Origin: Podarcis vaucheri
Lineage: Eukaryota
Strand: one strand, 5' to 3'
DNA: 64,000 nt
Assembly (NCBI GenBank): GCA_965113315.1
Contig: OZ220367.1
Under the pieces are notes generated by a model that did not search any database, was not told where the DNA came from, and saw only the letters and a program-made list of their open reading frames with translations. Both the position numbers and the translations under genes were made by a program. This document shows, piece after piece, positions 52,429 through 64,000 of the stretch. How positions within the stretch are numbered: the first letter of the stretch is position 1; each line of letters starts with the position of its first letter.

Positions 52429-53827
52429 CCGTATTTTTCGGCCCATAAGACGCACCGGCCCATAAGACGCACCTAGATTTTTTGGGGGGAAATAAAGGAA
52501 AAAAATTTTATTTCCCCCCCAGGTGCGCTGCGCTACACCAGGAGCTTGGGGCGTGCGGAGCTCAGCGCGCCCCAAGCTTCTGCGTGCCGGCAAGGTCTCC
52601 GCTAGCGTGGGAGAGCCGGGCGCCTCTCCCAGGGCTAGCGGACCCCTGCGCTAATCCAGAAGCTTGGGGCGAGCTGAGGTCAGCGCGCCCCAAGCTTCTA
52701 GGTGCGCGCAAGCAGTCCGCTGCCGCCCCAAGCCTCGCGCATCCGGCAGGAGGTCCCACCGGGTGCGCGAGGCTTGGGGCGGCAGCGGACTGCTCGCGCG
52801 CACCTAGAAGCTTGGTCCACTGCCGCCCCAAGCGTCGCGCACCCAGCAGGAGGTCCCACCGGGTGCGCGAGGCTTGGGGCGGCAGCGGACTGCTCGCGCG
52901 CACCTAGAAGCTTGGTCCGCTGCCACCCCAAGCCTCGCGCACCCGGCAGGAGGTCCCACCGGGTGCGCGACGCTTGGGGCGGCAGCGGACTACTCGCGCG
53001 AACCTAGAAGCTTGGTCCGCTGCCGCCCCAAGCCTCGCGCACCCGGCAGGAGGTCCCACCGGGTGCGCGACGCTTGGGGCGGCAGCGGACTGATCGCGCG
53101 AACCTAGAAGCTTGGTCCGCTGCCGCCCCAAGCCTCGCGCACCCGGCAGGAGGTCCCACCGGGTGCGCGAGGCTTGGGGCGCCAGCGGACTGCTCGCGCG
53201 CACCTAGAAGCTTGGTCCGCTGCCGCCCCAAGCCTCGCGCACCCGGCAGGAGGTCCCACCGGGTGCGCGAGGCTTGGGGCGGCAGCGGACTGCTCGCGCG
53301 CACCTAGAAGCTTGGTCCGCTGCCGCCCCAAGCCTCGCGCACCCGGCAGGAGGTCCCACCGGGTGCGCGAGGCTTGGGGCGGCAGCGGACTGCTCGCGCG
53401 AACCTAGAAGCTTGGTCCGCTGCCGCCCCAAGCCTCGCGCACCCGGCAGGAGGTCCCACCGGGTGCGCGAGGCTTGGGGCGGCAGCGGACTGCTCGCGCG
53501 AACCTAGAAGCTTGGGGCGTGCGGAGCTCAGCGCGCCCCAAGCTTCTAGGTGCGCGCAAGCAGTCCGCTGCCGCCCCAAGCCTCGCGCACCCGGTGGGAC
53601 CTCCTGCCGGGTGCGCGAGGCTTGCAGACACTCGCCCGAAGCAGGGGGAGCCCTCCCGAGGACTCCCCGTGCTTCGGGCGACAGGCTGCCGCCCCAAGCC
53701 TCGCGCCCCCGATGGGACCTCCTGCCGGGCGCGCGAGGCTTGCAGGCATTCGCCCCATAAGACGCACCCCGATTTCCCCTTCATTTTTGGAGGGGAAAAA
53801 GTGCGTCTTATGGTGCGAAAAATACGG
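52429..53827. mobile_element. non-autonomous TcMar-Tc2-type element (1399 bp) in OAT intron 1
   Basis: TA TSD; TIR CCGTATTTTTCG..CCATAAGACGCAC / GTGCGTCTTATGG..CGAAAAATACGG; subterminal CCCATAAGACGCACC repeats. Confidence 0.9.
52715..53514. repeat. 8 x 100-bp tandem array of palindromic (hairpin) units
   Basis: Unit = 32-bp arm + 12-nt loop + 32-bp inverse arm + 24-nt spacer. Hand count of one unit gives 75% GC and 13 CpG. Confidence 0.97.
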
Positions 53828-55499
53828 TAAGTGCTGGTTTTAGAAAGAGGCAAATTTATGGTTTATTAAAATACTATGAATCTAACTGCAACTGCTGTGA
53901 TACTTACTGTCACTTCCTAACCTTGGGAAGTGTGACGAGTTGCCTTTGAAACCCTTCTCATAAGGCAACAGCACACAAAAGATGAGCCAGTAATCCGTTT
54001 TGAGAATACTCAGATTTTATATTTTCTGTTCGTATATACATTTTTACTTGTACTGTAATGATTTTGGAAGAATGTTCTGAATCTGCTGATTATAAAGGCA
54101 TTTTGAATGAGAAGTAAATCCATCCAAACTGGTGCTTTCTCAGGTCCATTTTCTTATTTAATCCTTTTAGCTTTACAGCCTAGTTACCAGATTCATCTCA
54201 CTGCCAAATATTTACAGACACATCACTACATGCAAATAATGGAAACAAGGATAGTGACACACATGGGTAAAGTGCAAGAAAGCAAGGTTTTTGGGTGTCC
54301 AAAAATCCGGGGGGGGGGGGAGCATCTTAGCAAGGAAAGGACACCTGCCCAGTGGAACTGAGAATAGTCAGGCTAGAAACATACGATATTTCTTCAGAGA
54401 GCTAGCATCAGTAAACAAGAGACACTTGCTTGAGGCATATATACCCATCCCACTTTTGCCTTCTGAAACAGGTTTTGCATGCTTCATGTTGGTTTAAAAA
54501 CCCACAGAAGCCTGTTTGACAAAACCCTAGTAGGACAAAAAAAAAGTGTTTATGAGAGAGATGGAGAACTTGCAGTCCTCCAGATGTTGCTGGACTACAA
54601 CTCCAATTATCCCTTAGCATTGACTGTGCTGGCTGCAGTTGGTGGCAGTTGGCAGTCTAGCAACATCTGGAAGGCCCAATGTTCACCATATAGGGTTTAT
54701 TACATGGGTAGTAATGGTGGGAAGAACAAAACAGGAACTCTGCACAGTTTTGATTGCCATGCCTCAAAAGGAACCTTGTGGAGTTGGAAAAGATGTGTCT
54801 CTTTAAAAGCAGTTTAAACCAAATCATGGAGGATAAGGTTGACAATGATAGTTGTGTACTACTTCTGCTGTTGGATGCATTATGCCTCTGAATACCAGTT
54901 GCTGGACAGCATGAGTGGGAAGGGTGCTAGTATGCTCACACCCTGCTTGACAACATCCCATAGACATCTAGTTGGTCTTTGTGAGAGAAGCATGTTGGAT
55001 CAGATTGGCCTTTGGCCTGAACCTACAGGGATCTTCATATGCCTCTTCTAGACCAGTTTGCTCTTAAAAGCTGTAGTCTATTCCACCTCAAGTTTCCGTT
55101 GTACTGTGCCAGAAAACTACTAACAGTGCACTCCTATACATGTCTACTCAGAAGCAAGCCCCATGGGACTAATGCCTGGGTGAGTGTGCATATATTTCCT
55201 TTGCTACCCACTTTATTTACTCTCAAGGAAACCAGAAAAAGCCAGGGGCCTCCTTTAGCTGAGATCTTGTACCAGCAGGGTTTTACGGCTCTGCAAAAAT
55301 GGAAGAAGTGAAGAGGGCCATCAAGGCTCTCTAAGAAGGAGAAATGAATGATGGAGACTTATTAAACTTGGAACACGGAATACATCATAAAACAAACCAA
55401 TTGTGCGCGCGCGCACACACACACACCCTCCGACATGCAGATTTTGAAAAGGCAGAGGATGTGTGATAAGGCTTCACGTACCCACCGCAGGCTGAAGGG

Positions 55500-56280
55500 T
55501 GCTGTGCGCACATTTCTAAGCAAAGACAATCTGGGGCTAAAGCGCAGGAAGAAGCCAGGGTTTGCGCACGCCCGTTGAAGCCGGTCGGGCAAACATACAT
55601 ACACTCTGTGCATGCTCAGACACACAGCGTCCCAGTTACATGCGCCAGAGCAGCCCGCGGGTCTCCAGCGGAGCTGAGGATCCAAATTATGTTGGGGAGG
55701 CTCGTGGGAGGGGACGGACGACAAAGCAGTCAAAGGGGAAGAGAGCCAAAGGGCGCCCATAGGAGGGAAAGCGCTGCATGGCCAGGGCCTCGCTCCAGCC
55801 CGACGGCCGCCGCCCGCTTCCCCATCCTCACGGGCATGACGGGGTGCAGCAGCCGCGGAAGGGGGTCTCTCCGAGGGAACAAGCAGGCGGCCGGCCGGCC
55901 GACTCCTCCCCACGCCCACCGGGCCTCCCTCCCACCGCCGCGCTACCTTCCCGATGCGACTCTCCTCCGCTCCGGCGAGAAAGGGCAAGCGCGGCTTCCT
56001 CGGCCGCCTGTCACAGCTCAAAAGACCGGCCACGTCACAAGCCCCCCCTGGCAAGACGCGCCGGCGCCGGCGCGCCCCATTGGCCTCCCCTGCACGCCGC
56101 GCCCAATCACGGCGCGGCGAAGGCGCCTCCCCCGGAAGAGCTCGCTCGCTATGAGCTGCCTGCTTGTCCCCACCTCTGCCGCTCATTGATCCTCTTCGGT
56201 GCATTCCTAGCGCCGCTCTCGACCAATCAGGGTTTGCGCGTAGGATTCTTTGGGTTCCTCCTGGGCGCCTCGCTGCCTCT
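55500..56280 (-). promoter_or_regulatory. OAT: OAT CpG-island promoter
   Basis: CpG-dense tract 5.7 kb upstream of the first coding exon. CCAAT boxes at ~56079, 56103 and 56223; CRE/ATF-like TGACGTG (56031-56037 minus); ETS-like CCGGAAG (~56132); no TATA. Confidence 0.8.
55947..56020 (-). other. OAT: probable OAT non-coding exon 1 (5' boundary approximate)
   Basis: Donor-like GGGAAG|GTAGCG at 55947/55946, just downstream of the promoter motifs. The first coding exon has an acceptor upstream of its ATG, so an upstream exon is required. Confidence 0.55.
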
Positions 56281-56892
56281 TTCCTTCTTGCCTTTCCGAT
56301 ACAGATTAATGATCAAGCCTACCTAAAGCATCCGTGATAGATGGCCATCCAAACTCTGCTTAAAAACCTCCAAGGAAGGAGAGTCCATCACATGCTGAGG
56401 ATATTAATTTTGTCTAGACATATTTTAGATAAATAAGGCCCTGTATGTTCAGTTGATTAGACTTATTCCTCCAATGGTAGGTAGTTATTTCTAGATCCAG
56501 ATTTTCTTGGGCACCTGAGTTTAAAAGAAGAAGGGGAAAGTTCCACAAATTTGAAAGAAACCATAGAAAAGGAGGAGTTGAAGTGCAAAATCAATGAACG
56601 GAATAAGCGTTCAACACCCTTCCCGTTTCCTGTTCCTCTGAGGCTGCTTTTCTCTAGGAACAATGACAGGGTTTTGCCACACGTTCCTGTTTCTGCACTT
56701 CAACTCCAATCTCATCTTTTTTAAAATAAAAAAACCTGATCCAGAGATACATTCATAGAGAATGGGTAGCTAAATCCAAGGCTAAAGAAAGATGATAGGA
56801 ATACCAGCTGGTGGGGACAGATAAGAAGCAGAGGTGTGAATAGGAGAATGGGGACAAAACTAGAATTTAGGTGGCTCTGGCTCTGCCAACTA

Positions 56893-57134
56893 CAGTGGTT
56901 CCTCGGGTTAAGAACTTAATTCGTTCTGTAGGTCTGTTCTTAACCTGAAACTGTTCTTAACCTGAGGTACCACTTTAGCTAATGAGGCCTCCCGCTGCTG
57001 CCACCGCGCTGCTGCGCGATTTCTGTTCTCATCCTGAAGCAAAGTTCTTAACCCAAGGTACTATTTCTGGGTTAGCGGAGTCTGTAACATGAAGCGTCTG
57101 TAACCTGAAGCGTCTGTAACCTGAGGTACTACTG
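56893..57134. mobile_element. Tigger/pogo-type MITE
   Basis: TA-CAGTGGTTCCTCGGGTTA...TAACCTGAGGTACTACTG-TA. Confidence 0.88.
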
Positions 57135-58919
57135 TATTGGTCTCCCTTGTACCCTACAAGTACCAATGAAGAGGAACCACCACTGTTAAGAAATAAGGGC
57201 TGCTGCTCTCGTGCCAACTTGCTTCTGTGCTTCCAAGATTCACATGGCTGAACACTGGCAAGCAGGGAGCAGGACAAGAAAGAACTTTGGTCCAGTTAAT
57301 GAGGGATCTTCTGTACTTAACCTGCCTGCCACTGACCTCGAAAGAGCATCTGATGTGTCTGGAAAGGGAGTGAAGTGTTTTGAGCAGTGTTTCCTTCCAC
57401 ACCACCCTGCTCTGTCACCATTCAATTGGTTAATTATAAATCGGACAACATGCATTTAAAGGCAAACCTACGAAATTTGCAGTTTTCAAAACAATATGCC
57501 AATTGAAAGAGAGCCATCCTTAGAAATTCACACTTCTCTGACTTTTGCAATGCATTTCTCCAGACAAGTAATATGTACAAACAAATGCATAAATTTGGCT
57601 AAAGCACAGCTTGACCCTTTGCAGATCATCACTAACTTTTTTCCTGGCATTATTGGAACACTGTTTTCCTCTATATAGAAAGATTATCAACATCTACTAA
57701 TGAATAAATATCAACAATACACATTAATAACAGTTGTCAACCTAATATGTTTTCTCTTAAAAAAATACCACACACACACATATATCTAATACACACAAAG
57801 TACTTGATCTGTTTTACTATCTTACTATTTTATTTTGCAATTGGTCATGTTAGAAACCAGAACAGATATAAGAAAACACTATCCCACTTAGCAGTGAGGT
57901 GAAGCTGGAAGGGCAAGCCATGGTGGTACTTACAAAGCAAATGCCAGTAAAAATAGTATAAATCTTTCTTCTTTTCACTTATAAATCTTCTTCTTCTTGC
58001 CATCATTTCCCTCTCCTCATATAATTCATTATATTATTCCTATGTATTTTTAACCTACAATTCATCATATAATCCCAAGGTGGATCTCTTCCATCCTCCA
58101 TATTTTTTCATTATCTATTTCCATTTCGCTGTTTCCTCTCTTTACCTTTTCCCATCTCTGTGCCTTTTCTTCCAGCCTTGACCTTACTTGGCTTCTTGGC
58201 ACCTGGTTTCTTGGTTTCTGCCAACCTGGCAGTGCTCCATGGCCATGAGGTAACACATGTGTGTTCTGCTGATAAATAAATCACTCCACCTCCAGCCCGA
58301 CAAAAATACGTCTAAGAACCTTTGTGATGTGTGAGAAATCCTCAGTTCACCTTCCTGTGAGAATATAATAGATTACGAGACTTTACACTGAGCCAGATGA
58401 ACAGCACAATCTTAGACATGCCTTTTGATTGAGTTCAATTGGGTGTATTCTCAGGTAAACATATATGAATTGCAGTGTTAGGGAAGTTAACCTCTTGGTC
58501 CTGCTCAGGGCTGTGGACCCATTGGCTCTGCAGCTGTTGTTGAACTCCAATGAGTAGGGATGATGGGAGTTGTGGTCCAGCAACATCTGGAGGGGGCAAA
58601 GTTCCCCCAGTCCTGAGCCAGCTGCTTTCTCCCTTTTCAGCAGGGTCAAATCACTCCATTAGGACAACTGGGTTCTCTTTCTTCATCTGTTCCAACTGTA
58701 GCAAATGTAAACGGCCATACTCACAGCAGTTGTGTGGGTGTATAATATTTTCTAGCACCGGAAATCAATAAATTAGAAAGAACGGGATAAAAGAAAAATG
58801 ATTATAAAATGGGGGGGGGGACCTGCTCCAAAGGCAGGAAGAGAAGAGAAGCCTTGCTGGATTTTTGATACTTTTCTTAAAGGCCTATGAAAAGATTAAG
58901 TTCTACTAAGGTAATTTTA

Positions 58920-59045
58920 CAGAAGGGTAACTGTGTTCCAGCAAAAAAACAAAACCCTGCAAAGAGACTTGTGGTACCTTAAAGTCTAGCACATTTATTA
59001 CAGCATACACTATTGTGGACTACAATGCACTCCTGAGTTGCAGGT
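58920..59045 (-). mobile_element. old Penelope-like pLTR remnant interrupted by a Tigger MITE
   Basis: TGTGGTACCTTAAAGTCTAGC resembles GTAGCACCTTAAAGACCAGC of the element at 9883. The hammerhead position is degraded. Confidence 0.45.
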
Positions 59046-59046
59046 A

Positions 59047-59272
59047 CAGTAGTACCTTGAGTTAAGGACTTAATTCGTTCTTGAGGTCCGTTCTTAACCT
59101 GAAACTGTTCTTAACCTGAGGTACCACTTTAGCTAATGGGGCCTCCCGCTGCCGCTGCACCACCACTACGCAATTTCTGTTCTCATCCTGAAGCAAAGTT
59201 CTTAACCCGAGGTACTATTTCTGGGTTAGCGAAGTCTGTAACCTAAAGCGTCTGTAACCCGAGGTACCACTG
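59047..59272. mobile_element. Tigger/pogo-type MITE
   Basis: TA-CAGTAGTACCTTGAGTTA...TAACCCGAGGTACCACTG-TA. Confidence 0.88.
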
Positions 59273-60470
59273 TACATGGTTAAAGTGGGAGGGGTATTGT
59301 AAACAGTAATGTCAGAAGGAAACAAAATACAGAAAAGTACAGAGGGCGATAATTTTCCTTCTTAACAGTGGCCATTCACAAAAAGAACCAGTTGTTGATA
59401 AAAATCCATTTTGAGCTTACCTCTGAGAAAATATGGAAAAGAGAAAACATGCACAAGATGTCCTACCACCCTTCTGTTGTGCCATAAGAGGTTGAACATT
59501 TTTAAACAATTTATGAAAACCTTTTAAAAACTCCACAGAACACCACAAACAGGGTGAAGAGTTGTGTTGTTCACTGGTGATATCATGGGATGTATCCAAT
59601 AGGTGCCATATACAACTACATTGTATATATAGCACAGTGTGCTGGGAAGATGTAATTCTGCCACCCAGAAGTGCTACCTTGGGGAAATATTTCTGAATCC
59701 AGCCATTCACCTGGGAACAACTGCAAGGTTGTGTTTAAGACATCCCATTCAAATTATTGGGAGTTATTTCCATGTAATTATGGGCACCCCAATAACTCTT
59801 GGTCCCTTCTGTTCTTTGACTCTTCAGCCCTCTTGGCAACATGCAACCATGTATTAGAAAAACTGTTTTTTTTAAAAAAAAGAAAAGAAATTGTGCATGT
59901 TTTGTATGAAAGCAATTAATCAGTTGTTGCAAAATCTCTCAACAGCCAGATCCAGTCTGACATCAATGGGAAGTTGCTTCTGTAATTCGAACTGAGGGAT
60001 TGGACTTGTGGTGTTATCTAAACTCTGACCTCTAGCCTGTTGTTATATAGCTAAGTATCTTATCTTATCTGCTAAAACAAACAGAAAGCAGCATATCATC
60101 ATCCAGGCTGGAACTGCTCCAACCGAATAGAGCAATGAATGATATGCAATATCTTGGATACTAAGTTATCATTCAGTCTTTCACCATCCTTGAAATCATG
60201 TGCTTGGGGTATGCACACTGCACCCACTTTTTAAAAAAATGAAAAAGAAAGATTTGAAGGAGAACAAAGTAAGAAAGCACAAAGAAGGACCAGTGTGTGT
60301 AAGCTAGAAGCTGGAAGCAAGGCTGCAGGCTGGGTGACAGAGTTATGTCTGATTTCTGTTTCAATCCAGGGCTGTGGCTACAGGAGGAGCAAGACCCTCT
60401 TGGGGTATTAATGCTAGGGACCCCTCCATTGTAGGTTCAAGTTGTATACTGTATGTGTAAATAAACCATA

Positions 60471-62638
60471 CAGTGGTGCCCCGCAAGACGAATGCCTCGC
60501 AAGATGAAAAACTCGCTAGACGAAAGGGTTTTGCGTATTTTGAGCTGCTTCGCAAGACGAATTTCCCTATGGGCTTGTTTCGCAAGACGAAAAAAATGTC
60601 TTGCAAGTTTGTTTCCTTTTTCTTAAAACCGTTAATACCCAGGGTGCATTGCTTGAAGAGGTGCAGTTGCGACTTGACTTCGAGGAGCAACTCATAGCAC
60701 GCGGTGTGGTAGCCTTTTTTGAGGTTTTTGAAGACTTTGTTGATTTTTGAAGCTTTTCCAAAACTTCTTTTGCGGCCATTTGGCAAGTTAAACTTTTAAA
60801 ACTTTTTTGGGGGTTTTTGGATTTTGGGTTGGGGTGTTTGGAATTCAAGGACTTGGTGTTGGGGAGGGATTTGCAAGAATCTGGAAGCTTGGTTTTTTTC
60901 ATGCATTTTTATGACTTTTTGTGACCATTGGGCCACTCTGCTGTTTTTTTAAAAAAAAAATTCTGGGTTTGAATTTCTGTGTGGTGGGTGGCTGGGGGAA
61001 CAGTTGAGGAGGGGTTTGCAAGAATCCAGAAGCTTGTGTGGTTTTTTCCTGCATTTTTATTATTTTCTGTGTCCATTGGGCCACTCTGCTGCTTTTTTAT
61101 AAAAAAAATTCTGGGTTTGAATTTCTGTGTGGTGGGTGGCTGGGGGAACAGTTGGGGAGGGGTTTGCAATTTCTGTGTGGTGGGTGGCTGGGGAAATAGT
61201 TGAGGTTTTTGAAGACTTTGGTGATTTTTGAAGCTTTTCCAAAACTTCTTTTGCAGCCATTCGGTAAGTTAAACTTTTAAAACTTTTTTTGGGGGGTTGG
61301 ATTTGGGGTTGGGGGGTTTGGAATTCAAGGACTTGGTTCTGGGTTTGAATTTCTGTGTGGTGGGTGGCTGGGTGCTTTTGAATTTTTTGGATGTGAAGCA
61401 CTGTTTTTTTTGGGGGGGGTTTACGAAGGTAGGAGCTGTGCTGCCATGGCACCCAAGAAGACTGCTGCTGCAGAGGCTGGCGAGGGGAAGAAGGCGAAGG
61501 TTACGCTGGAAATGAAGAAGGAGATCATCCGGAAGCACGACGGTGGAATGCATGTGACAGACCTCGCCAGGGAGTACGGGAGGAATCCATCGACGATCGG
61601 GACCATCCTGAAGATGAGGGAGAAGATCCTTGCGACTGATGCAGCCAAGGGAGCCACCAGGATCGTGAAGAACTGCCCAGCTGTTCTGGAGGAGGTGGAG
61701 AAGTTGCTGCTCATCTGGTTAGAAGAGAAGCCGTGTGCAGGGGACACAGTGACTGAGGCCGTCATTTATGAGAAGGCCAAGGCCTTGCACGCAGACCTCG
61801 TCCGGGAACAGCCAGGAACCTCAGGCGAGCCAGAAGTCTTCAAGGCAAGCAGAGGCTGGTTTGACCGGTTCAATACAAGATCTGGAATCCACAGCGTGGT
61901 CAGGCATGCACCAGAGTCAACAGTGGTGCAGGACATTGTTTCCTTGGGGAGGACCATGGGCCTGTAGGTCACAGAGGAGGATGTCAGCGAGCTGGTGGAG
62001 GAGCACGACCACGAGCTGACCACCCAGGAGCTTGTCGAACTGCAGGCAGAGGCTGCGCAGGAGCAGGCCTCGCTGGAAGAGGAGGAAGCAACTGAGGAAC
62101 GGCTGTCCTCCAAAGAACTGAGGGACATTTGCCTGAAGTGTAAGGATGTGCAGGCTTTTACACAGTGGCACCACCCTGACAAGCATGTGGCACCTGACCT
62201 TGCGAACACTTTTGATACGAGGGTCATGTCGCCTTTCAGGGAGGTGCTGAAAAGGTGGATGAAGCAGCAGACCATGGACAGGTTCTTCAGCAAGAAGCAA
62301 AGAGTGGAAGAGGAACCTTCTTCGAGTTGACCCCCAGAGTCTTAGAAAATGTACTGTACACTTTGTTGATTTTTAAATGTTTTTCTGTCATGTTTAGAAA
62401 CTAAATTTATTGTTCCTTCAATTTTTGAAATGCTCTTTACAGTATGTGCGACTTTAAAGAGCACTTAATAAACTCTTGTTGTACCAAATTTGGCTTTGTT
62501 TGGACTTTTTTTGACCATAGGAACGCATTAATTGAATTTCAATGCATTCCTATGGGATTTCGTGCTTCGCAAGATGAAAAATTCGCTAAACGAAAAAACT
62601 CGCGGAATGAATTAATTTCGTCTTGCGAGGCACCACTG
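60471..62638 (+). mobile_element. Tigger/pogo DNA transposon, internally deleted (2168 bp)
   Basis: TA TSD; TIR CAGTGGTGCC(C/T)CGCAAGACGAA; transposase remnant inside. Confidence 0.93.
61446..62330 (+). pseudogene. Tigger transposase remnant: CENP-B-type HTH domains fused in frame to the C-terminus, DDE domain absent, one TAG at 61965-61967
   Basis: GCCATGG Kozak. ..VTLEMKKEII..VTDLAREYGRNPSTIGTILK (psq/CENP-B HTH), EVEKLLLIWL..EKAK..FKASRGWFDRF (HTH_Tnp_Tc5), then DVSELVEEHDHELTTQEL..KQQTMDRFF. ORFs 61410 and 61995 are in the same frame. Confidence 0.9.
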
Positions 62639-64000
62639 TATATCATAAAGACACCACAGTCTCTGCTGTCCTTCATTCCAAAGGAAACATGAACCCTGGG
62701 TTAGTGCCTGGAACCCCTGGTCTTCCACACAGCTTGGAGACTGGGTGGTGTGCAACAATATTATTCTGGATACACCTGCTAGTAGCTGCAGATGTGTTCT
62801 TCTGCTTTTCCCACTTACTCATCTCATCAAGTGAGGCATGATTAGGAGTAAGAAAAATCTAGGTTTTAATTGAAATCAGCTTAAGAAATTAAATTAAATT
62901 GAAATTAATGTAAAGAAATTGTCAAATCGGATTATCCAAACATTAAAGCAATTAAATTACATTTAAAGAAATTGCATTTAATTTATCTAAATGTAAATCA
63001 AATTACATGTTAATAAATTACATAGAAAAAGAATTGAATTTAAATTAAAACAAAATCAATGACATAGAAACTTAGGAACATAAAAAGTGAATTGCCACTC
63101 ACAGTCCTGGATTTGCTGGGCAAGATGAGATACATTGTCTTTGGAGAGAGAGATCCAATAATTATAATAGCTGCTTAGGAAGAAATGCATGTTTTTAAAG
63201 TTCATAACCAAGATTTTAAAAACCCAGATAAACAAAACAAAAAAGAGGAAGTATCACACCACCATTAGTTTCTAGTAAAGACTGCACCAGGTGCCCATAC
63301 TCACCTCAGTTACACACATGTAAAAAAAAAAAAGGAGTTTTGAAACCCTTTTTAAGCAGTAGCATTGGGGGAGAAATTCAATGCAGTTTGCATTTAAAGG
63401 CAAACATAGCTAATATGCACTTCCCAAATCAATTGGCTACCCAAAGCATAGCCATTATTCAGAATTCACACTCCACCAAACGTTGCAGTGCAGTTCTCCC
63501 ACCAAGTAACATGGACCAAAAATGCATACACTTTAATAAAGCATGCAGAAAAAAGCATACATCAGTGAAAAGAACCTTTAAAAATGCATTTCATCAGGAG
63601 AAATTGTTTGGCAAAAAAAAGTGGGCATTAAGTGAAATTGCATTCAAAAATGCATATACTATGATACATTTCTACTAAAGACTTATGAATATTTATTTAT
63701 TTAATCATTAGTTTGATATACAATGCACTTTTCTATTGAAAAGAAAAATCAGAGCAGGTTGAGGTTGAGTCTTTCTTCTTCCTTGGAAATTCCAGCCCCA
63801 GCTGGCTGCCTGCGCACATACACAATTGACAAATGCTGGTGAATTCTCATGAGGACTTTGCAAACTGATGTGAAAATGTGGAGAACAGAACTTAAGATTA
63901 GAAAAATGAGAAACAGAGAGAAATCAAATTGGACAGATTTTTCTGTTCCTAGAAAATGGGGAATAACCAAACCATCATTCTCACCTCCCTTACCTGTTGA

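Noticed and set aside
52715-53514. CRISPR-like appearance (palindromic repeats with spacers)
   Set aside because: Spacers are near-identical rather than unique, there are no cas genes, and the context is a eukaryotic intron.
52381-53853. Many repetitive ORFs in the hairpin array
   Set aside because: By-product of a 100-bp, 75% GC palindromic repeat; frames shift in each unit.
55362-56326. 280-, 204- and 182-aa ORFs over the OAT promoter
   Set aside because: Stop-poor because of high GC; low-complexity translation with no homology recognised.
60038-62757. Possible old LTR hosting the Tigger element (TGTT..AATAAA..CAACA)
   Set aside because: No matching TSD at the candidate ends.

Overview
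Vertebrate genomic DNA. The repeat content (Sauria SINEs, BovB, squamate-type Tigger and hAT MITEs) points to a squamate, probably a lacertid lizard; this is an inference. The only protein-coding host gene is ornithine aminotransferase (OAT) on the minus strand. It has 9 coding exons (199+225+96+128+123+129+114+145+161 = 1320 nt, 439 aa, all GT-AG), plus a probable non-coding exon 1 in a CpG-island promoter at ~55.5-56.3 kb. A second CpG island at the window start is probably the 5' end of the next minus-strand gene (CHST15 by recalled synteny), and a tRNA-Thr(AGT) gene lies next to it. The rest is intergenic or intronic DNA rich in TEs: Penelope-like elements, BovB, L2/CR1 fragments, Sauria SINEs, a solo LTR, Tigger and Tc2 elements and hAT MITEs. 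Five structures stand out. (1) A young Tc2-type element in OAT intron 1 carries 8 tandem 100-bp units, each a 32-bp GC-rich hairpin, with signs of arm-to-arm conversion and loop flip-flop. (2) OAT intron 2 contains a perfect 247-bp-arm palindrome of a Penelope-like pLTR with a hammerhead-ribozyme core in each arm, embedded in (TA)n. (3) A second Tc2 element carries a ~160-bp satellite. (4) A Tigger element has lost its DDE domain in frame. (5) A BovB copy is 5'-inverted, as expected from twin priming. Most ORFs in the supplied track are spurious.
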